Shown here one piece after another: positions 19,506 through 29,600 of a stretch of 64,000 nucleotides of DNA. Source of the stretch: Guillardia theta CCMP2712 (lineage: Eukaryota > Protista > Cryptophyta); the NCBI RefSeq assembly GCF_000315625.1, contig NW_005434561.1:150294-214293 (forward strand), written 5' to 3'. The position numbers and the translations under genes were made by a program. Below the pieces are notes generated by a model. The model did not search any database and was not told the origin of the DNA. It worked only from the letters and a program-made list of their open reading frames with translations. Positions within the stretch are counted from its first letter, which is position 1; the number at the start of each line of letters is the position of its first letter.

Positions 19506-22421
19506 ATGACGTCTACCGTCCCCTGGCACGATGTCGGAGCCGGGTGCATTGCCCTGATTGGAACTGTTGCGCTATGTATCTTAGCCTCGCTGAGGCTGGA
19601 CAACATGTCAAACATCCTCAAGAGCGGGAGTCTGAAGAAAGTGATCATCGAGTCAGAACAGAAGTTCGAACCACTCGGAAGATTTTGCAAGGACATCGTC
19701 CTCTTGTCACTGATCCTGCTGTTCACGTATCAGAGTGAGTACTACCCGGTCTTCCCTCACCTTGCCAAGGAGCATGACATGGATATGTTCTGGTTTGCGA
19801 CTCTGCTCTTCCTGGCATACTCCTTCACCCGTTGGCAGAAGTCCAGGACGGACGACCTGCTGGGGCGGGAGCAGACGGAGGAGTGGAAGGGGTGGATGCA
19901 ATTTATGTTCCTGCTGTACCATTACTGCGCTGCTTCAGAGGTCTACAACATCATCAGGGTGATGATCACGAGCTACCTGTGGATGACGGGGTTCGGGAAC
20001 TTTTCTTTCTTCTACATCAAGAAGGACTACGGGATCGTGAGGGTGCTGCAGATGATGTGGAGGCTGAACTTTTTTGTCTTCCTGCTCATGATTGTGCAGG
20101 GCAACACGTACATCCTCTACTACATCTGCCCCCTCCACACGTTCTTCTTCCTAGTGACATGGCTGACCATGCGGGTCTGCTCCAACCTCAACTACACGAA
20201 GTGGGGAGTGAGGATCAAACTGTCTGTGGTTGCAGTGGTCATCTTTGCGGTCTGGGATGGAGCTCCATGGCTCTTCGACCTTATCTTCGGCTCTTTCATG
20301 GGCCGGGCGCCATGCAAGGGAGCGACGTCTGGGTTCCTGTACGAGTGGTATTTCAGGACGACTTTGGATCACTGGAGCACGTTCCTGGGCATGATCTTTG
20401 CCCTCAACTACCCCTTCACCAACATGTGGTTCAAGGAGCTTGCAAAACTTCCTGCTGCCTCGCAAGGAAAAGTCACCTTGGTCGTTGCCGCTGTCTCTTT
20501 GACGCTCATGGTACTCTGGTTTTGCTTCATTTTTACCCTCCCGAAGCTCCAGTACAACAACACCAACGCCTTCCTGGCTCCGGTCCCCGTGCTCAGCTAC
20601 ATCCTCCTCAGGAACCTGACCCCCTACATGCGGACATGGTACTGCGACATCCTGCATGACTTCGGCAAGACGACTCTGGAGACTTACCTGCTGCAGCATC
20701 ATGTCTGGCTGACCTCCAACGCCAAGACTCTCCTGCAGCTGATCCCCGGCAGCCCCAAGTGCAACTTCTTCGTCTGCACCATCCTCTTCTTCGCCTTGTC
20801 CCGCGAGACGCACAGGCTGACCATGTCTTTGAGGGCGGTTGTGCTTCCAGACTCCAAGGTACCCTGCCTCAGGAACTCGTGCCTGTTCCTCGCGGCCCTC
20901 GGGGTCTCGTACGGCGTCTCCTTCCTGCTCGTTACTCAGGTTCAGGTCTTGTTCGTCCGGCTCTGCCTCCTTGTCCTGATCGCCATGGCCTGCACTGCTG
21001 GCGTCTTCCGCGTCCTCCAGCGGACCAGCTCGGAGGAGTACGGGAACGCGGTGAAAGACCTCAGCCTCCAGCTCTTCGAGAAGGCTCCAGTCATGGGCCT
21101 CATCTTCTTCCTCCTCATCATCTTCACCCTGCGAGTTTCCACCTCCTCCTCCAGCTACGTCCCTTCCCACCTCGACTGCCTCTCGGCCCTCAGCGCCGTC
21201 CCGGGCTCGTGGATCTCGACGCTCCCGCTGGCAGATAAGAAGGCCAGGAAGCTGAGGAGCGGAAACCACCTTGCCGTCTCTGAGGTCAGCTCCAGCTGGC
21301 ATTCGGACTCCATGACCGTGTCCAGCTGCCTCGGGGCTGGGAACGCCGCTAAGATGAACCAGGTGGCGTCTTGTGAGATGCGTGCGTTCCGCTTCGATGA
21401 TGGGCCGGGCTCTCGAGCTCTCGGCTGCAACTTCCGCTTCCTGTCCAAGGACGCTGCTCGGGCTCAGCTGGGGAAGGGGACGCGGGTGGTGATCTTCGGG
21501 GATAGCGAAGCTCGCAACCTCTACTACGCGATCCGACGGGCCGTCGGGCTCCCGGTCGTCAACGTGAAGGCCCATGAAGACTTGACGCCCATCGGCAACT
21601 CCAGCGCTGCCATGCCGGACGTCGCGTTCCTGTGGACCCCTAAAGTCTCCGACGTCGCTGCCAGGCTGGCTACCGTCCTCGCAGACAGCAAGCCGCATGT
21701 GCTGGTGATGAGCTTCGGGCTGTGGGACGCGTTGCATGTGCGGGACTTGAGCGCGTTCGAGCAGAGCCTGCAGGGGCTGAGCAGCAAGTTCCAGGAGTCG
21801 CTCCCCTCCCTCCCCGTCAAGCCGCTCACCGTCTGGATGCCCCCGCCCACCATCCGCGACCACCTGCTGACCTCCAAGGAGAAGAAGCAGTTCATGACGG
21901 AGGCGCTGGTTGCGGGCTACCGCCAGAAGGCCCAGCAGGTCCTCAGCTCCAGCGGCCTCCAGCAGTTCACTGTCAACTTTCCGCTGCTCACAGCTCTCGA
22001 CGCCGCACAGCTGGACTCGACGGACGGGGTGCACTACAGTCAGGTCTACTACGACACGGCAGCCCAGCTCTTTCTCAACAGCCTCGAACACGCACGGAAG
22101 GCGGGGAAGGTCCAAGTGAAGGAGGAGGCGGCCAAGGGGAAGGGGACAGGGGGCATGGCGGACGCCTTGGCCTCCCTGTGCATGCTCGTAGCGGTTGGCT
22201 TCATGCTCGTGGCGTGTGACGCGTACGGAGGTTTCCTCCCCCTCCTCGCTGTGACCTTCGGCAGCAGAGAGATGGTAAAGGCAATGGACCTCAAGTCCAA
22301 CCCCTGCCCCTGCCTGCGATCCGCCGGGTCACTCGAGCGAGAGCACGGGGAGGACGAGGACGAGGGGGAGAAGGACGTGGAGACAGGCGAGGAGAAAATC
22401 CTTGCCAGCACTGCGACCTGA
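19506..22421 (+). CDS. Cas1p/CASD1/RWA-family O-acetyltransferase with C-terminal SGNH domain
   Basis: LGREQTEEWKGWMQFMFLLYHY, IRV.ITSYLWMTGFGNFSFF, YYICPLHT, EWYFR..LDH, GKTTLETYLLQHHVWL; C-terminal IFGDS..RN, GLWD, DGVH. Confidence 0.92.
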   Translation: MTSTVPWHDVGAGCIALIGTVALCILASLRLDNMSNILKSGSLKKVIIESEQKFEPLGRFCKDIVLLSLILLFTYQSEYYPVFPHLAKEHDMDMFWFATLLFLAYSFTRWQKSRTDDLLGREQTEEWKGWMQFMFLLYHYCAASEVYNIIRVMITSYLWMTGFGNFSFFYIKKDYGIVRVLQMMWRLNFFVFLLMIVQGNTYILYYICPLHTFFFLVTWLTMRVCSNLNYTKWGVRIKLSVVAVVIFAVWDGAPWLFDLIFGSFMGRAPCKGATSGFLYEWYFRTTLDHWSTFLGMIFALNYPFTNMWFKELAKLPAASQGKVTLVVAAVSLTLMVLWFCFIFTLPKLQYNNTNAFLAPVPVLSYILLRNLTPYMRTWYCDILHDFGKTTLETYLLQHHVWLTSNAKTLLQLIPGSPKCNFFVCTILFFALSRETHRLTMSLRAVVLPDSKVPCLRNSCLFLAALGVSYGVSFLLVTQVQVLFVRLCLLVLIAMACTAGVFRVLQRTSSEEYGNAVKDLSLQLFEKAPVMGLIFFLLIIFTLRVSTSSSSYVPSHLDCLSALSAVPGSWISTLPLADKKARKLRSGNHLAVSEVSSSWHSDSMTVSSCLGAGNAAKMNQVASCEMRAFRFDDGPGSRALGCNFRFLSKDAARAQLGKGTRVVIFGDSEARNLYYAIRRAVGLPVVNVKAHEDLTPIGNSSAAMPDVAFLWTPKVSDVAARLATVLADSKPHVLVMSFGLWDALHVRDLSAFEQSLQGLSSKFQESLPSLPVKPLTVWMPPPTIRDHLLTSKEKKQFMTEALVAGYRQKAQQVLSSSGLQQFTVNFPLLTALDAAQLDSTDGVHYSQVYYDTAAQLFLNSLEHARKAGKVQVKEEAAKGKGTGGMADALASLCMLVAVGFMLVACDAYGGFLPLLAVTFGSREMVKAMDLKSNPCPCLRSAGSLEREHGEDEDEGEKDVETGEEKILASTAT

Positions 22422-23014
22422 GCAGGAAAAAATAAAGTTTACAGCAAGTCAAAACGCCCCCGCGCTGTTCACTCCCTCCTTCAACTCTGTGCCCTGTAAG
22501 ATGTTCCTGCGGAGAATATAGAACCTGCACAAACGATCACTCACAACCGATCACCTTCGTCCTCCTCCTCCCTTCTCCTCCTCCCTCCCTCGCTCCCTCC
22601 CTCCCTCCGTTCTCCTTCTGCTCCACTCTCCTCATCCCTCGCCTCCCCTTCCTCACTTTACAAATGTCGACCAGTAGCTCAAAATTCGCATCTCCCAGTC
22701 GGGGGGTCGACGAACCTGCAGCGATATCAAGGGGAGGAGCACAGGGGCAACAGGAGAGAGGGAAGGAAAAGAGGGAGAGGAAAGGAGTAGGGAGAACGGA
22801 GTGGACAGAGAGGAAGGAGGACGAGAGAGGAGAGCGGGAGGAGGGGATGGGGGGGGGGGAGGAGGGGTTGGGGAGAAAAGGGAGGGAGGAGGGAGGAGGG
22901 GATGATTCGACCGTCCTCTTCCTGGGATCTCTCTTGTGATATTTCTTTCGCGTTCCACATCCGTCGCCTCGTCCGTCGGAGATAACAAGTCGAACTCCTG
23001 TGACCCAACAACAT

Positions 23015-25000
23015 TCACCTCCTCCTCTTCCTCCTCTCATCCCTCCCGCCCTTTCTTCCGTTCCTCCTCCTGCCCTTCCTCGGCATCATCCTCCCCCTCA
23101 CAACCGTAACCTTAACCTCCTCACCGCCGCATCGCTCTCCCCAACTCCTCTTTCCACATCCCCGCCCATCGTCACCTCCTCCTCCCACTCTTCTTCCCCA
23201 CCGTCGTCTTCGTTCACCATTTCGCCTCTTCTCCTCTCCCTCACCGTCTCTGAGCTTGGCAAGGTCCTGAGCGAAGATCTCCGCTCCTTGCTTCCTCGGC
23301 TCTCCCTCCCCCTCCTCTCCTCGCAGCTCACAGTCCTCGTCGAGGAAGACGCATCTGCCGGGCCAGGCCCCGAAGTAGAGGAGGCGGTTGGCCTCGGAGA
23401 GCAGCCACGTCAGCAGCGACTGGTCGGAGATGTTGGACGGAAGCACGAGCTTCTTTCCCAGCGAGTCTCTTTGCGGGATGTTTCTGTTCACGTAGACGAC
23501 CTGCGCCCTCCTCGCCTGCGCCCTTCGCTCTCTCCGCCTGCTCTTCTCTGCTGGTGCTTCTGACGCTGACGCCACCGACCGTCTCGTGACCATCTCACGG
23601 TGGAGCGACAGGAAATCCTCGCAGGTGAAGCTCTCGACGAGTTTGTTGTCGGCGATGGCACGCGACTCGGATCGGAAGTGAGCAAAAGACGCGACTGTCT
23701 CTGCCATGCTCCCCATCCTCTCCTCCTCGTACCTTCTGTTCCTCAACAGCAACGGCTCTATCTCCTTTGCGGCCTCCTGACAACTGTTGTTCACAAGGAC
23801 CAGAGCAGTCAGACTGGTGTTGCCTCTCAGCACCTCCACAAGTCCGTCCATCTTCTCATCGCTGCTGATCTCGTTGCAAGACAAGTCCAGGCTCTTCATC
23901 GTCTCGTTGCACTTGAGCACGGGCATCAGCTTTCGCACCCCTGCCATGGCGATCCGGTTCTGACTCAAGTCAAGGTGTCGCAGCCGTCGGTTCCCCTTCA
24001 TCGCCTCCGCCATGTCCGTCAGCCCCACATCCCCTATCTTGTTGTCCCGGAGCCCCAGGCTAGTCAGCGAGCTGTTCCGCATCAGTGCCATGCGCATGAC
24101 AGCCCCCAGCTGGTTCCCGTCTGAGCTGCACATCCTGCCGCCCTCGCTGAGGGAGAGCGAGAGGAGGGAGACCTGGTTCTTGGCGAGGGCGAAGGCGATG
24201 GAGCGGAAGCAGGAGGAGCTAAGGCCGTTGCGAGAGAGGTTGACGTGCTTCATGCTCCCGCTCTCCTTCAGGGCTTCCAGCAGCAAAGCCAACCCTCGCG
24301 GTCCCAGCTGGTTGTCGGAGAGGTCCAGGGACCGCAGAGTTGAGTTGACCTTGAGGGAGGAAGCGAGAGCCTCGGCTCCCAGGCATGAGATGAAGTTGGA
24401 GGAGAGGTCGAGCGAGGAGATGGTCTGGTTGCTGCCCACAAGCCTCGCGATGTGCCTGCATCCTTCATCCTTGAGCGACGCGTGGGAAAGCGAGAGGGAG
24501 ACGAGGGAGAGGTTGGCTGGAGACTCGAGGATCGCCTTCACAATCCTCTCGCCTCCTCTCGGGAGCAGAGGAAGCCAGTTCACGTCCAGCTCAGTGAGGA
24601 TGCCGTCGTCCTCCCTCGACTCCCTAAGTTTCCACGCTTCCAGCTGCTGCTCAGCTGTCTGCTTGGAGGGCACGAGGATGGGAGCTTCGTGCGGGAAGTG
24701 ATGGGAGCTTTTGATGCGAGTAATCCGCTCCTCCAGCAGCTCCTCCAGGTCTCTTCCTCTTCCTCTGAATAGCTCCGCATGGCTGGCACGCCCATCTCGT
24801 AGACTTGCAATGAATCGTCGAGACGCTGCCTGCCATGTCGCTGTTGCTTCTTTGCGGAGATGCGAGTGGCGGTCTGAAGGGAGGTGGCGATGAGATGAAG
24901 GATGTTGAGAGGAGGGAGAGGGCTGAAGATGGAGAAGAGGAGAGGAGGAGGAGGAGGAGGAGGAGGAGGAGGAAACACATGCTGCGAACATGCGTATCAA
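23015..25000 (-). CDS. Leucine-rich repeat protein (RNase-inhibitor/NLRC3-like LRRs)
   Basis: Repeated L..LDLS.N.I...G...LA..L..N.TL; start approximate. Confidence 0.88.
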   Translation of the reverse strand: MIRMFAACVSSSSSSSSSSSPLLHLQPSPSSQHPSSHRHLPSDRHSHLRKEATATWQAASRRFIASLRDGRASHAELFRGRGRDLEELLEERITRIKSSHHFPHEAPILVPSKQTAEQQLEAWKLRESREDDGILTELDVNWLPLLPRGGERIVKAILESPANLSLVSLSLSHASLKDEGCRHIARLVGSNQTISSLDLSSNFISCLGAEALASSLKVNSTLRSLDLSDNQLGPRGLALLLEALKESGSMKHVNLSRNGLSSSCFRSIAFALAKNQVSLLSLSLSEGGRMCSSDGNQLGAVMRMALMRNSSLTSLGLRDNKIGDVGLTDMAEAMKGNRRLRHLDLSQNRIAMAGVRKLMPVLKCNETMKSLDLSCNEISSDEKMDGLVEVLRGNTSLTALVLVNNSCQEAAKEIEPLLLRNRRYEEERMGSMAETVASFAHFRSESRAIADNKLVESFTCEDFLSLHREMVTRRSVASASEAPAEKSRRRERRAQARRAQVVYVNRNIPQRDSLGKKLVLPSNISDQSLLTWLLSEANRLLYFGAWPGRCVFLDEDCELRGEEGEGEPRKQGAEIFAQDLAKLRDGEGEEKRRNGERRRRWGRRVGGGGDDGRGCGKRSWGERCGGEEVKVTVVRGRMMPRKGRRRNGRKGGRDERRKRRR

Positions 25001-25353
25001 CGGCCAAAGAGAATTAGCAGAATTATGGTTAATTTCATTTCAATATAACCAAATTGAACTTAAATTAGCACAGATCTTGGTGGAATGGAAAGGGGGCCAG
25101 TTGGACACTAGCGCCTCCTCCCCTACCCCTTCCTCCTCCTGCCCCCCCTCCTCCTCCCCTCCCCCTCCCCCTCCTCCTCCTCCTCCTCCTGCCCCTCGAT
25201 CCCTCTCCTCTTCTTCGTTGTCTTCTCTCTCTCTCCTCCCTCCACTCACCTCTTGGTCCTCGTCCTTCTCTCTGTCTGCTCGCCCTCCTCGTCCCTTGTC
25301 CTCTACTTTATCCGCCCGCCTCTGCTCGTCTCTTCCTCCTCTTGCCTTCTGCC

Positions 25354-26454
25354 ATGACGGGCCAGTGCCTTGCCGCCTCTTCTTTCCTTCCGCTTGCATT
25401 CCTCTTCTTCAATCACGTGGCAGCGTTCTTGTCCCCGTTGCCCGCATCGAAACCTCTGTGCTCAAGGACTCCTATCTGCATGCAAGACAAGCTGACAGAG
25501 GCCGAGCAAGTCGCGATCAAGTCAGGACTGCAGTTGGTCCCATCACAGAAACATTTCAGCAGGCTGAGCATGAGTAGCAAGCGGGGAAGGAAGAAGAAAA
25601 GTTCGTTCGATGCTGACTTCGACTCCATGGACAAGCTTGAGCGAGAGGCTCTGCTGGAGTCGGCGCAGCTCTCCTCCATCAATCCTTCTCATCTCCTTCG
25701 CGCCATCCATGTGCCTGATGGTGATCGAGTCAAGGCCGGCAAGGCGCTCATCAGGAAGTCGATGGGAGTAGCGAGTCTCCCGGCCTTCCTGCCAGCAGAC
25801 AAGTGCGCGAGGGTACGAGAGCACATCGGGAGGACAGTAAAGGGGGACACTATCGACTCGGTCGATCACTGCCCTGAGTTTCAAGTCTCCCTCTCTAGAG
25901 AACAGCTCTCCTCCCTCCTCGAACCGCATGTCGTAGCTGCTCTCTGGGCTCTACCCACAGTCTTCCTGGAAGAACAAGCCTCTGCTGCTGCGCTGGCAGA
26001 AGCTGTCTCGAGATTGACCGAGCGTGAGCTGGAGGAGCGGGGATGGAAGGGGAGGGTGAGGCGAGAGGCGCGGGAGAGCAAGCGTTCAAGTGTGTTGACA
26101 GGTTGGGATCTTCGGGAGGAAGTACGAGGATGGAGGACGGACGCACCTCGGCTTCCACATTGACACCAATCGAGTGACCATCAACATCAGCCTCTCACCC
26201 CAGTCCTCCCACCTGTGACTGCTCCTCCCCTCTCGCTTCTTGCCTGTAATGCCTTGCTCGCAGAGGAGGAAACCTGCTCTTCCTGTCCGGCCAGGCTCTT
26301 CAGCTAGTGCGGCGCGATGAGGGGGAGCTTTCGATTCACAGGGGAGATGTTGCGCACGCTGGTAAGTTATTGTTTGTTGTAGCACGTTTGACCTGCCGCA
26401 GTGACCAAGATGCAAGAAGGCGTTCGTTACTCTGTGATCCTTTTCTTCCATTGA
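25354..26454 (+). CDS. 2OG-Fe(II) oxygenase, probably plastid-targeted, multi-exon
   Basis: Signal peptide ending VAA-FL; exons give KY...RTHLGFHIDT..VTINISLS, GGNLLF, HRGDVAHA, GVRYSVILFF (HxD...H...R). Confidence 0.8.
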
Positions 26455-26623
26455 CCTCTCTTCTCAACTCCTTCCTTTCCCTTCTCGATCGTTCCCCGTC
26501 GTACCATCTGCACAGACAAGCTTCTTTGATGTCTTCATTACAAGAGCATGTACATGTTGTAGAATAATTACAAGGAAACACGCGGGGCCTGTCGTTGCCT
26601 CCTGCTACTCAGATTGACTTCTG

Positions 26624-29600
26624 TTAATTGTCCAGGTTCTGTATCTCCAGCTGTGACGGAGCTGGAGGCGCCTCTCGTCCTCTCTCAGGGTTCCACACTC
26701 GCACGAAGTCTGTTCCGATCTCGATCGCTGAGACCGACCCAGACCTTCGTCGCTGCACCTGCCCCGTTCGCAAGCTGCTGCTCGAGGACGCGCGGTTGAA
26801 GGCGAGCCGAAGGCCCCGCCCATCGAAAGGCTCCACCTGGTCGGAGCCGATCTGAATGATTGAGAGTCTGGGGCGCACTTTCTGCTTCTTCCTGCAGGAA
26901 CGCATCCAGCTGATGGCGTACGTCAGGATGCCACAGACCAAGACGCCGGCCAAGGCGTAGAGAGCGATGGTGGCCTGGAAAGGAAGGGAGAAAGAAGAGA
27001 CAGGGGATGAGGCCGCCAGGTTCGAGACAGTAGCGTCTGAGTTCTGCACTCCCAGCGGCAGTCCTCGCTTCTGAAACTCGTCGTTGAGGTTGTTCATCCT
27101 CAGCTTGCCCGCCACGCCTGCTGCGCTCTTCTCGTTGCTATCGTACACGCCAAACTTGACGTTGATGCCTGACCCGCCTCTTCGAGCTGCCTGCACGCTG
27201 TCGATCTGCACCAGCGACACGTCGACCGACGCCACTGTAGCCACAGAGATCCTGAAAGCCGTCCTCCTCGTCTCGTCGAACTGCGCGACAGAGAGGGGAA
27301 GACCGACCGACATCTCAACTTTGTAGTTGCCCAGGTTGGGGGATGGGGATGACGGTGAAGATCCAGTGGAAGAAGGCGATGCCGACGACGAGTTCCCTTG
27401 AGTCTAAAGAAGAAGAATCAAACTCGAATTCGCACAAGAAAATGCGGACAATTGAAGCATAGACAGACGCTGAACAACACCAATCAAAAAACTCACCCTC
27501 GTGTCGCATGGCAATGTTACGGTCCGATTCACGTAAATCGTGCGATTAACATAAACCGTCTGCGAGAATAAAAATTTCAGATAAATCTCCAAATGAATGA
27601 GATTTCGTATTGAAAGCTTATCTGACAAAAAAAAAGAAAAGAAAAAAGAAACAAACAATGCAAAATCAAACAACAACAAAAACGATGGTCACCTTGGTCT
27701 CGCAAGGCTCCATGATCGTCCTGTTGATGTACACCTCCTTGGGTACGTACACTGTGTTGTTGATGTACACCTCCACAGGCACCTCCACCGTCCGGTTGAT
27801 GTACACCTCTACAGGGACCTCCACCGTCCGGTTGATGTACACCTCGTACGGCTCTCGGATCGTCCGGTTGATGTACACTTCAACAGGAACAACCACCGTC
27901 CGGTTCACGTACACCAGCGTTGGCACCTCCACCGTCCGGTTGATGTACACTTCCGTCGGTACGTACACCGTGTTGTTGACATACACCGTCTGATCCGATC
28001 GTCCCCACCCAGTACAAAACACGCCCGTCACACACTCGTACTTGCAAAGCAACCCAAAGCCCCTTTCCTCCTCTGCCCTTCCCCTCTCCTTCCCTCCCTC
28101 TCTCAGCCCCAAGCCCCTTCCTCCCAGACAAGCCCGTCCTCTCTCTCCCTCTCTCACCTTGGTCTCGCAAGGCTTCATGATCGTCCTGTTGATGTACACC
28201 TCTACAGGCACCTCCACCGTCCGGTTGATGTACACCTCTACAGGGACCTCCACCGTCCGGTTGATGTACACCTCGTACGGCTCTCGGATCGTCCGGTTGA
28301 TGTACACTTCAACAGGAACAACCACCGTCCGGTTCACGTACACCAGCGTTGGCACCTCCACCGTCCGGTTGATGTACACTTCCGTCGGTACGTACACCGT
28401 GTTGTTGACATACACCGTCTGATCCGATCGTCCCCACCCAGTACAAAAACACGCCCGTCACACACTTCGTTGCGAGATCTCTCCCCAATACACTCACACT
28501 CGCACACACCCCTCCCTCCCTTCCTCCCNNNNNNNNNNNNNNNNNNNNNNNNNNNNNNNNNNNNNNNNNNNNNNNNNNNNNNNNNNNNNNNNNNNNNNNN
28601 NNNNNNNNNNNNNNNNNNNNNNNNNNNNNNNNNNNNNNNNNNNNNNNNNNNNNNNNNNNNNNNNNNNNNNNNNNNNNNNNNNNNNNNNNNNNNNNNNNNN
28701 NNCGGTACCTCCACCGTCTGGTTCACGTACACTACCTTGGTCACCTCCACCGTCCGGTTGATGTACACTTCCGTCGGCACGTAGATCGTGTTGTTCACGT
28801 ATACAACCTGCCCCCCACCCCAAGCCGTCAGTCTCTCCGCCCCGTGCTCGTGCCTCCCCGCCACCTCCTCTCCTCCCTCCGTACCTTGTCTACGCTGCGG
28901 TTCACGAATACCTCCTTCGGTACCTCCACCGTCCGGTTGATGTACACCACAACCTCCTTCTCCACCGTCCGGTTGATGTACACCTCGTACGGCTCTCGGA
29001 TCGTCCGGTTGACGTATACGACCGTCGGCACCTCCACCGTCCGGTTCACGTACACCAGCGTTGGCACCTCCACCGTCCGGTTGATGTACACTTCCGTCGG
29101 CACGTACACCGTGTTGTTGACATACACCGTCTGATCCGATCGTCCCCACCCAGTACAAAAACACGCCCGTCACACACTCGTACTTGTAAAGCAACCCAAA
29201 GCCCCTTTCCTCCTCTGCCCTTCCCCTCTCCTTCCCTCCCTCTCTCAGCCCCAAGCCCCTTCCTCCCAGACAAGCCCGTCCTCTCTCTCCCTCTCTCACC
29301 TTGGTCTCGCAAGGCTTCATGATCGTCCTGTTGATGTACACCTCCTTGGGTACGTACACTGTGTTGTTGATGTACACCTCCACAGGCACCTCCACCGTCC
29401 TGTTGATGTACACCTCCTTGGGTACGTACACTGTGTTGTTGATGTACACCTCCACAGGCACCTCCACCGTCCGGTTGATGTACACCTCTACAGGGACCTC
29501 CACCGTCCGGTTGATGTACACCTCGTACGGCTCTCGGATCGTCCGGTTGATGTACACTTCAACAGGAACAACCACCGTCCGGTTCACGTACACCAGCGTT

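Noticed and set aside
20151-22115. 654-aa antisense ORF and similar shadow ORFs over GC-rich genes
   Set aside because: Expected by-product of high GC3 codon bias on the opposite strand of well-supported genes.
19506-22421. CRISPR Cas1
   Set aside because: Name coincidence only; motifs are those of the Cas1p/CASD1 O-acetyltransferase.
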